From Octopus vulgaris (Eukaryota), in contig OX597819.1 of assembly GCA_951406725.2 (NCBI GenBank), forward strand, positions 133,424,001-133,488,000: a stretch of 64,000 nucleotides of DNA, written 5' to 3'. Below the pieces are notes generated by a model. The model was not told the DNA's origin and made no database searches. It worked only from the letters and a program-made list of their open reading frames with translations. Of this stretch, positions 54,340-64,000 are shown piece by piece. Position 1 is the first letter of the stretch. Every line of letters begins with the position of its first letter. A program made the position numbers and the translations under genes.

Positions 54340-55615
54340 ATTTACAAAATATGTACATAAGTATACATGCAAAACGAGAGACAGCAAAGAGCGGAGACAT
54401 TCAGACGATATATGCACAACCTCAAATCCAAAAATATTCCCTGTTCTCTATTTTGGTCCATCGTATGTGAGGCTCCCCTAAACAATACAAACCACGGCAT
54501 TTGTAAATTATGTTTGAGGGAATTCGCTAACCATTCTTCGCAACCACAATCCTTCATTATTTAATAGATTCTCAGATGTCATACTCTCTTGTAAACACAA
54601 GTTAAATTCATCATTTGCTCATTTTATTAAATCTATGTAATCCCATAACTATGATTACCCTTGATTATAATTAACCTTGCCGTACAACTAGGTCGGCCTC
54701 GTAACTTACCTCCTCCATTAATACCACCCTTGTTACTAGATTATTCCCTCTCATTGTTACTTTTGAAAATTCCTCTTACTCACCACATGCCACCTCCCTC
54801 ACAGTCTGCCCACCCTCACAAATGGTATTCTTTCCTCATTTTCTCATTTCTCCTTTTCAACCAAAAGCACTTAATATTACGCAACTCAATTCGCTACTAA
54901 CCTGTCAACCTCTCCCTCCCTCTCTATAAACCTCCCTCTATTCAATTTCGTACACCCCTGCATACCTAAGTACTCCCCCTCCACCACCAACCTACATTCA
55001 TTATTCCACTAACCACTGCCACAATCATCCCACTTCACTCTATCTCTTCTCAAGCCTTTCTATATACCTTAATAATCTTTCTACATCCCTTAATAATCTC
55101 ACCCTGCTCCCATTATTTCAACATCCATTAATTCTACAGCTATTATCCCTAAACCGTGACACCTATACGCAAACCCAACAGCAAATGACCGCCCTTCATT
55201 TACTACCCCTCCCACTCCACCTCTACCTCCACTTCCCTTAATTCCTTCCTTATTAACCCCAGCTCTCTTTCTGAAGTAGCTCTCTTATCTCCTCTTACCA
55301 TTCCCCCTTTTAGTACTTCCCATACTCCCACCGAACCCCATATTTCCTCCATCTAATATGGCTAGCTCTCCACATTTCATCATTCCACCTTTGAACTTGT
55401 CCACATTATCATAGGAACTGTCAGGCATTTTCTACTCTGATGACGGAGGCTGGATATATTCCCAATGATGCTTTCTTCCATTGCAGCCTCATATTGTGAT
55501 GAACTACATCTACCAACGTTTTGGTGAATCTTAGAGCCCCCTCCAAAAAAAAACCACCTTTCTTCCCCCCTTTTATTTTGTCTGTCGTTTTTAATCTAAG
55601 TTGGATCAATTAATA
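54340..55615 (+). mobile_element. old PLE remnant (GIY-YIG C-terminus and C-rich 3' UTR)
   Basis: LKSKNIPCSLFWSIVCEAP..NHGICKLCLRE and NRFSDVILSCKHK parallel LRDKGVDYNIQWKIL..GRCGLCDME..NTRTELFGSCPH of the young PLE. Confidence 0.6.
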
Positions 55616-55888
55616 TCTATATATATATACCTAACTAAAAGTTTCATCAACTGAAAGTCTCTACCTTTTGCTTTCCCACGTTTTGCAAATAAACATAAAG
55701 ACATATTTTGTATTTCATTTGCATTCAACATATTTAATTTGTTTATTCACATAATCTGCTCCACTGGATCCCTTTCATAGCATTTTTTTAATTCTGTGGA
55801 ATTCATCCCCTGTAAAGGCATCTGAGCACTACTAAGTGTCTTCTGTATTGTGAATCTCTGCGCCTCATCGCTTGACCATATATATACA

Positions 55889-55929
<41 letters not shown>

Positions 55930-56008
55930 ATAGATAGATAGATAGATAGAAGGATGGATAGATAAACAGATATAGTTATATGTGCGCGTGTATGTATGTA
56001 TGTATGTG

Positions 56009-56064
<56 letters not shown>

Positions 56065-56065
<1 letters not shown>

Positions 56066-56222
56066 TATTTTCTCTGTATTTATTTCTGTGTTCCTTCCTA
56101 TTGAAGAGCGTAGGTTCGAAACGTAAAAGACTTTTTCATTTCCCGAACGTTAAACTGATACATCTGTTTGTTGTTTAGACACCCGTTTTCGTCTTTTGTT
56201 TATTTTTTTGTAAATTCCACTT
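56065..56222 (+). mobile_element. short HHR-like cassette (family H), copy C
   Basis: CUAUUGAA-GAGC-GUAG-GUUC-GAAA-CG-UA-AAAG at 56098-56129; downstream sequence homologous to copies A and B. Confidence 0.6.
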
Positions 56223-56569
56223 ATATACATGCATACATACATACATTACATACGTACGTAAGTACCTATGTATGTATGTATGCATGTATGTGTGCATGTA
56301 CATATGCATGTATAATATTCGTTAATAGCACTTATGAAACATCGCTCAATTACATTTCAATTCAAGTTATAAATGAATTCAAATGTTCAGAAGTATGCAG
56401 GAGGTAGAAATTATGAATGCTGTTTCAAAGGAGGCTTGTATGTTTGTAATAATAGCATTTGGCACCTGGTTTTCGTTGCCAGGCAACTCCTAAATCATTG
56501 ATAGGTTTGGAGAGTAAGAAAGAAAGACAGAAAGAGTAAGGACTGATAAAACTGCTCTAATACCTTACC

Positions 56570-56625
<56 letters not shown>

Positions 56626-57774
56626 TATATATATATACAGAGACATATATATGCATTGAACGAAATGTGGAATTGCTTAATACTGGTTACGAAAAGAATT
56701 AGCATGGCTTAAACGACAAATAGTGAGACTATAAGTGATGGGCACATTGATTTGAAACCTATTCGACTTAAAGCTTTCTTTAATGTTAAAACTGTTATTT
56801 ACCGGAGGAAAAAGTTTTCCATTTTAACATATTGCTAAAATTGTATGAATTTCGAAATAGTTTTTCTCGGGGAATATTTGTGTGTGGATGCAGGTCGATT
56901 AAAAGCATCTGTACCACTAATAAAGCTTCCTAAATTAAAACATTTACTCATGTACTTAAAGATACATATTTACTTGCTTAATACTATTCATAAATTACAT
57001 CAATTATCGCTTGTATTAAATCAAAATTTAAACGAATAATTTATTTTTCTATGAAACAAACATGTAGCAGCTTGCAGATACGAAGTTTATTGGACTTTGT
57101 TTTTCAAATAATGGACGATTCTCTGACGCGGAGAGATGAAGTATTAGCAGTAAATCAATGCGACTTTATTCCCTTCAGTAGACACACTGCAGATAACAGA
57201 CAGCATCAGTGAAGATGTGGATGCAAAACAATACACAGCACTGCGACCCTTCACTTCGCTACTTACAAATAAGAAACAAATAATCAGTGCACCATAAGGA
57301 AATAGAAGGACACGAAACGACGGTGTCTAACTGTGCCGCAGCCACAGGATATGCAATCCTATTCGCTCAGTTTTTCCTCAGTTATCATGAAAGTCATCAT
57401 CATCATCATCGTGATCATCATCATCATCATCAACGTTTGCAATATCATTAAAATCATAATCAGCGTTAATCAACGCAATTGACCCCAGCTATAACGTGCA
57501 GACGGGGGTTTAAACGGTTACGCCATACACCCGCAACACACACAATGAAGGCCGCCCCTCAATATGTTATATAAGACTTGATAAGAGAAAGTGCAATGCG
57601 ATCCTCAGACTCAGGATATCCAATCAATGACAATAGACTAAAGTTTAAAACAAATTGCCTCACCGTTTAAAATATCTTACACTAATATCTATGTATTTAT
57701 AAAACTATTATTATTGATATCATTATTATTGTTCTTCTTCTTCTTATTATTATTATCATTGTTGTTGTTGTTAA

Positions 57775-57805
<31 letters not shown>

Positions 57806-57934
57806 GTTGTTGTTGTTTTTGTTGCTGTTGTTAATATTAATATCATTACTATTCTTATCATCATTATTATTACTGTTATTATTATTATATTTAGTGTTGT
57901 TGTTGTTGTTGTTGTTCTTCTTCTTCTTCTTCTT

Positions 57935-58009
<75 letters not shown>

Positions 58010-58552
58010 GATGCCAGTTATGTAGGAATTCCCAGAAGTATATAGTTTGTGTCAATATTCAATTAAATTACGAGGAATTCCATTTCTATACTAAATGCAA
58101 TATTATTAATTTAAAATACGCATAATTTAAGTGGTAAGTCTAGAAACTACATTTAATGGAGAGGAGGAAGAGGGAGGAGGACGATGGGGGAGGGGGAAGA
58201 AGAAGAAGAAGGAAGAGGAGGATTGATGATGATGAACCATGATGATGATAATGGTGATGAAGAAGAAGAGGTTGAAGATGATGATGTCGATTATGAAGAA
58301 GGTGATGATGGAGGAGGATGAGGATGAGAAGAAGAAGGTGAAGGATGAGGATGAGGAGGCGGAGAAAAGAAAATGTACTTATTGGAAGCGCTTCCTTTCA
58401 ATTACTCTCGAAATACATTTAAGACAATTTTGACTAAACTTTTTCCCATTGAATTTTGGATAAATAAAATTTACCTCAAAGATATGTGATCAATTATAGC
58501 GAAATAACTAAAGCAATTTTTCAAAAATACATTTACTTATTGAACCACGGGA

Positions 58553-58636
<84 letters not shown>

Positions 58637-58639
<3 letters not shown>

Positions 58640-61600
58640 CATGAAAATAATTGGTAAAATCCGGCTTGCACTTAAGGATATAATTTCAGTTAATGATGTT
58701 GATATCACAAACCTCAACCACCTATACTATGCATCCGCGAAAATCTCAACGATCCTATGTGGTGTAAAGATTAGAAAACGGCAACAGTCCCACAAAAAGC
58801 CTTCTTGGCAAGAGCGTCTGCAACAACAAATTAAAATATTTAGATCTGACATTGAATATTTGAAAAACCTTAAGGCTCACAAGATTACCAAACCTACAAA
58901 AACCCAAAAATTACTGAAAAAATACAATATGAAAACTATACTTGATATTGATGCCACCATAGAAACCATCAAACAAAAGGTATCTGCCAAAGCTGCCCGC
59001 ATAGCGAGGTATGAAAAGCGTGTTAGATTTTTCAAGGACAACAACATGTTCAAAAATAACACCAAGAATTTTTACCGGAAAATAGGAAAAACAGCGTTTA
59101 CTGCAGGGTCTGTACCATCAAAAGAAGAAGTGCAGAGATTTTGGAATAAAATCTGGGCAGAAGAAAAAACACACAACGAAAAGGCCCCCTGGATTGACAG
59201 AATATCTACAGAACTGGACCCCTTAGAAGAGCAAAAGTGGGAGGGTGTCAAGGTAGAAGATATAAGATCTGCTCTCAGGAGGTCAAGCAAATGGAAGTCT
59301 CCAGGAAAGGATAAAATTCCTAACTTCTGGCTGAATGCCTTCCCAGAGAGCCATGAACTGCTAACAGAACTGTACAATGATGTTTTGCAACACCCTAGTA
59401 GGATGCCTCCTTGGCTAGTTAATGGGTTAACATTCCTGCTTCCAAAAAGTGAAGAAACAAATGAACCAAAAAACTATAGACCCATAACCTGCTTAACAAC
59501 TATGTACAAAACACTAACATCTGTCCTGACGGAATATACCTATAGTTTTTTAACAGACAGCAGCATATTCCCTAATGAACAGAAAGGATGTAAACGTGGA
59601 TCCTACGGCTGTAAAGACCAACTACTCATCAATAAGATGATCTTAGAAGATTGTCACAAACGACACAAGAACTTATCAATAGCCTGGATAGACTATAAAA
59701 AGGCTTTTGATAGCCTACCACATAGCTGGATTAGAAAATGCCTTGAAATGTATAAGATAGCACCAACTCTGCGAAACTTCTTGACTGTAAGTATGAGATC
59801 ATGGAGAACCACACTAACTCTGAACAGTGACAGTGAATTCCTAAATGCTGGTGATGTAAAAATTTCGTGTGGCATTTTCCAGGGTGACTCACTGTCACCA
59901 CTCCTCTTTTGTTTATCCTTAATACCTCTCTCAAAGCTGCTCAATGACGCGCAGTACGGGTATAAAATGTTTGATAAAAATATAAATCATCTCGTTTACA
60001 TGGATGATTTAAAGCTTTTTGCAAAAAATGATCAACAACTCAAGGGCTTACTAGCGATAGTCAAACAATTCAGTGACGACATCAGAATGCAATTCGGCCT
60101 CGATAAATGTGCAAAGGCTACCTTTATCAAAGGAAAAATGACAGAAACATCTAACGTTAACCTTGACCAACAGAATGTCATAAAAGAACTAGACCCAGCG
60201 GAGAGCTACAAGTACCTAGGGATAATTGAAGGGAACGGAATAAGGCATTCAGAGATGAAGGAAAGGATCAGGAGAGAATGCTATCGAAGAGTGAGAGCAA
60301 TACTCAAGACAGAGCTGAATGCAAGAAACAGGATCGAAGCAATCAATGCATTAGCTATACCAGTCGTGACTTACAGTTTCAATATTGTTAACTGGTCAAT
60401 TACTGAAATATGTCAGCTCGACAGAAAAATAAGGAAACTGTTGACAATGCATAGAATGCACCACCCTAAGGCAGATACAGAACGACTCTATCTGCCAAGA
60501 AAAGAGGGAGGCCGTGGTCTTTTGCAACTGGCAATAACAATGAAGATTGCTACAATTGGCCTAGACACCTACCTGAAAAACTCTGAGGACTGGATGCTAA
60601 AACTTGTCTCAAAACATGAAAACAAGAAAGCATCATACTCAGTCACAAAACAGGCAAAGGAATATCTAAGTGAATTCCGAATACAACCAATTTCGGAGAT
60701 AGATATACAAGAAACAAGCACAGAAAAAGCTAGGCGCATGAAAACCCGTGCCAAAACTGCGGCCTTAGATATTCTGAATAATAAATGGCAAGAAAAACCT
60801 CTCTATGGCAAATACCCAAAGAGAGCGAATAATGCAGATATCGACAAAGCCCTGACCCATCAATGGCTAATGGCCTCTGGCTTAAAATCTGAAACAGAGG
60901 GGTTTATCATAGCAGCTCAAGATCAATGCCTACCAACAAGAAACTACCAGGCCAACATATTAAAGATCAGAAGCAGTCCAACGTGTCGTGTATGCAAGCA
61001 ACAAAATGAAACCATTGACCATGTGGTCTCCAAGTGCAGTCTTCTAGCGCCTACAGAGTATCTCAACAGGCACGATAGAGCTGCACAATATATTCACTGG
61101 GTAATCTGTAAAAACCTGGATTTGCCCCATGAAAAAAACTGGTGGGAACACAAACCACCCCCAGTGCTTGAAAATGACCACATCTCACTCCTCTGGAACT
61201 TCACCATTCAAACTGACAGGAAGATAGATGCAAATAGGCCAGACATCATATTGAAAAACTTCAAACAAAGAACATGCCTCCTCATTGATATGACTGTCCC
61301 AATCGATATAAACGTATCTGTCAAGACCTACCAAAAACTGAGCAAATATAAAGATCTTGAAATAGAAATCAGCAAAATGTGGAAGCTGAAGACTAAAACA
61401 ATACCTGTTGTCATAGGTGCCCTGGGAATGATAGCAAAAGGGGCTGATAGCTACCTAACTCAGATACCAGGAAACCCAAAAATGGCAGAAGTTCAAAAGA
61501 TAGTGCTCATGGGAACTGCTCATATCCTACGCAAAATACTCTCTATGTAATCTCAAGGTTTAAAACAAACATAATTTTCGGTTTAAAAAAAAAAAAAAAA

Positions 61601-61782
61601 AAAAAAAAACCTTTTTTTTTTTTTCTTTTTAGACATTCATTAGTACAACATCCCCACCCCCCAAATATATGGCACACTAGGCATAACAACAACATGAACT
61701 TCCAACCCTGTTGTCTCTTGAGGTCTCTGGGTGAGACTTGGAGCCAACTTGTACAAATATAAAGCAAAAGTCAAACATAGAA
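58637..61782 (+). mobile_element. Dong/R4-clade retrotransposon family 2, 5'-truncated, in (TAA)n
   Basis: Uninterrupted RT-RLE ORF with (TAA)n on both sides. Confidence 0.95.
58641..61550 (+). CDS. non-LTR retrotransposon protein, RT + CCHC + restriction-like endonuclease (969 aa from ATG 58641)
   Basis: KSPGKD, NYRPITCL, WIDYKKAFDS, GIFQGDSLSP, YMDD, CRVC..ETIDHVVSKC, RHD, RPD..LID..KY; no stops. Confidence 0.9.
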   Translation: MKIIGKIRLALKDIISVNDVDITNLNHLYYASAKISTILCGVKIRKRQQSHKKPSWQERLQQQIKIFRSDIEYLKNLKAHKITKPTKTQKLLKKYNMKTILDIDATIETIKQKVSAKAARIARYEKRVRFFKDNNMFKNNTKNFYRKIGKTAFTAGSVPSKEEVQRFWNKIWAEEKTHNEKAPWIDRISTELDPLEEQKWEGVKVEDIRSALRRSSKWKSPGKDKIPNFWLNAFPESHELLTELYNDVLQHPSRMPPWLVNGLTFLLPKSEETNEPKNYRPITCLTTMYKTLTSVLTEYTYSFLTDSSIFPNEQKGCKRGSYGCKDQLLINKMILEDCHKRHKNLSIAWIDYKKAFDSLPHSWIRKCLEMYKIAPTLRNFLTVSMRSWRTTLTLNSDSEFLNAGDVKISCGIFQGDSLSPLLFCLSLIPLSKLLNDAQYGYKMFDKNINHLVYMDDLKLFAKNDQQLKGLLAIVKQFSDDIRMQFGLDKCAKATFIKGKMTETSNVNLDQQNVIKELDPAESYKYLGIIEGNGIRHSEMKERIRRECYRRVRAILKTELNARNRIEAINALAIPVVTYSFNIVNWSITEICQLDRKIRKLLTMHRMHHPKADTERLYLPRKEGGRGLLQLAITMKIATIGLDTYLKNSEDWMLKLVSKHENKKASYSVTKQAKEYLSEFRIQPISEIDIQETSTEKARRMKTRAKTAALDILNNKWQEKPLYGKYPKRANNADIDKALTHQWLMASGLKSETEGFIIAAQDQCLPTRNYQANILKIRSSPTCRVCKQQNETIDHVVSKCSLLAPTEYLNRHDRAAQYIHWVICKNLDLPHEKNWWEHKPPPVLENDHISLLWNFTIQTDRKIDANRPDIILKNFKQRTCLLIDMTVPIDINVSVKTYQKLSKYKDLEIEISKMWKLKTKTIPVVIGALGMIAKGADSYLTQIPGNPKMAEVQKIVLMGTAHILRKILSM

Positions 61783-61799
61783 TAATAATAATAATAATG

Positions 61800-61852
<53 letters not shown>

Positions 61853-61858
61853 TGTTAT

Positions 61859-61889
<31 letters not shown>

Positions 61890-62001
61890 TATTTCTTAAG
61901 AATTGTTACTTGCATGAGAATTATCTGTACAGACAAGATATTATCAAATATATATTTGGATATATTTGTTTATCAGGTGAATGGAACATTATTGATATAT
62001 A

Positions 62002-62378
62002 CACTACCGTCAGAAATTAATTAGCACCCTTGATTTGCTCTTCACTCAAGGTATGTGCTGTCACCTAGTGGCCATATCTCGAACTATTGCTTTGTTGCGA
62101 GTTGACTGTTGCGCAGAACGATGACGTAACTTTGTTTGCAGAGCAGTTTGAGAGTCTACAGCCTTATGATGTTGACATAGCAGTGCAACAACTTGGAGTG
62201 CGGATGCAGACAAATCTTCCTTTGTTTAATAGATATAGGTAGCGCCTCGCAAGGACCGAAATCACACCATACTAAGTTTTCTCATCGCGTAAGACGTTTT
62301 GAACAGCTCATAGGTTAATTGATTTAACCTATTTAATGTAGAAATTTGAGAAGTGCTAATTAATTTCTGACGCAAGTG
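62002..62378. mobile_element. Tc1/mariner-type MITE
   Basis: 26-bp TIRs CACTACCGTCAGAAATTAATTAGCAC (24/26 match) with TA on both sides. Confidence 0.88.
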
Positions 62379-63474
62379 TATATCATTCTCTTATTTATCC
62401 TATACTCCGAATCCGAATATTCGCCATATTTTGACCGGTAAACAAAATAAGTTGAATGTTGTAAATATGAATTCAAAATATTTTAATTCTGATTGGGATC
62501 GTAATTTGAAAGGAAGTTATTAAATTCGTGATAACATAACATGGAACAATTTGAAATTCAATAGTTTTCATGTCAATGAAAGTATAGATCTAATGGGTAA
62601 GTACAAATTTATAAATTAATTTAAAGATTCCACGATGAAAATATTCTTTAAGGAAGGCAGCATCGTAGGAAAGTCATCATTATTTATCTGGTTTCATCAC
62701 AAGTTTTAGGATTTCTGTCAAAATGACGCAACGTATATTTTTTGTTCTTTTATTTTTTAGTTTTTGCAATCATTTGATTGCGGCCATGCTGGAGCACTGC
62801 CTTAGGAATCTGTAAGTAATCGTTACTTTTAAATATAGAGATGTCAGTTCACTTTTTCTCCCTCACTCTTTCCCTCTTCACGTGCCACAAAGACGGGACC
62901 ATATACTTGAAGGGTTACAGACGACACATCGTCTGGATTCCCTGTGGCAGCTGCTCTACCAGATTGGTAGAGATTCTATGCAATGGTCATCAATGGCAGA
63001 AGTCCTCCTCGGATCTCATCGACGCAAGAAACAAAGACAAAATGAAAAACGAGATCGGGTCAGACAGCTCCAGACATAGAGAGAAGCGATGTGAAACATA
63101 CAGACAGAAATACGAAGAAGTACCAACCTGGTTAAATGATAAGCCAACAGAGGTGTGTAAATGGCTGCAGAGCAAAACTACTCTAAGACCCAGTACCAGA
63201 TTATAAGGGAGCTGTCTGATGGATGACGTAAAAGTAGTCAGTGAATGAAGAGTAAAGATGGGTGAATTCTTTTCACCGGTGACGAACAGCTTTAATCGTC
63301 GGTTGAGCATTTCTTCAACATCCTCAACGAATCCACTTCCCGTCAGAGCCTTCCATTTTCAACTTCATATACGGAAACAATTTCATATTATTTCGACTCT
63401 AGTTCCATAAGTCTGTTTTCAATTGATCGCCAACGGTATACGAGCTGAGACTGAGACAACTCATATGTTCTATC

Positions 63475-63657
63475 TACGGCCATGCTGGGGCACTGCTTTG
63501 AAGAATCTTTCGTTGAATGTTTCGCCCCCAGTACTTATTTCTTTTCTTTTAAAACCTAGCACTTTTTCTATCGGTCGCTTGTGCCAAACCGCTAAGTTAT
63601 GGTTGTTATGCGCAGACAAATACAAAACACAAACACACATACATGCGCACACACATT

Positions 63658-63698
<41 letters not shown>

Positions 63699-63855
63699 CG
63701 CGATGGATTCGCTTCAGTTTCCGTTTACCAAATCCACTCACAAAACTCTGGTTGGTTCGAGACTACAGCAAAAGAGACTTGCCTAAAGTTTCACGCAGTG
63801 GGATTGATCTCGGATTCCTGACGTTGGGAAGCAAGCTTCTTACCGCACAGCAGCA
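63475..63855 (-). mobile_element. SINE family A, degenerate
   Basis: Reverse complement of the head, body and tail of 51601-51972. Confidence 0.7.
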
Positions 63856-64000
63856 TTTTAAAGAAATGTGTTAGTCTTTATGATTAATTGTATATTTTTT
63901 AATACAATTACTAATATTTTTATTTCAAACGTAAAAAATACTAAGATTACTTGCTTGAGAACAGTATTAAATTATGATTTCCTCTTAGTCTTTTATGTCA

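Noticed and set aside
57160-57300. Possible exon (plus-strand acceptor at 57178; minus-strand GTAAGT at 57261-57266)
   Set aside because: Conflicting strands, short frames and no recognisable protein
58581-58640. Poly-Ile N-terminal extension of the 989-aa ORF
   Set aside because: Comes from the flanking (TAA)n target
62841-63206. 121-aa ORF
   Set aside because: No recognisable domain; at most a decayed LINE fragment

Overview
AT-rich, microsatellite-dense eukaryotic DNA with no host protein-coding gene that I can support. The mix of tRNA-derived SINEs, RTE and CR1-like LINEs, Dong/R4 elements and Penelope-like elements is typical of a cephalopod (Octopus-like) intergenic or intronic region; the organism is my inference. 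Main content: (1) two young Penelope-like element (PLE) insertions in (TA)n, each built as a head-to-head palindrome with a minimal hammerhead-ribozyme (HHR)-like motif near the 3' end of every arm and two fixed arm end-points; (2) a separate ~160-200 bp cassette family (3 copies) carrying an ultra-minimal HHR-like motif; (3) fragments of about five Dong/R4-type RLE non-LTR families, mostly embedded in (TAA)n, including a full-length copy with a five-fold reiterated 5' terminus, a short internally deleted derivative, and an intact 969-aa ORF; (4) old mariner, hAT-like, Tc1-like MITE, Helitron, RTE and CR1-like remnants, including a three-layer nest. Most short ORFs in the track are microsatellite artefacts.
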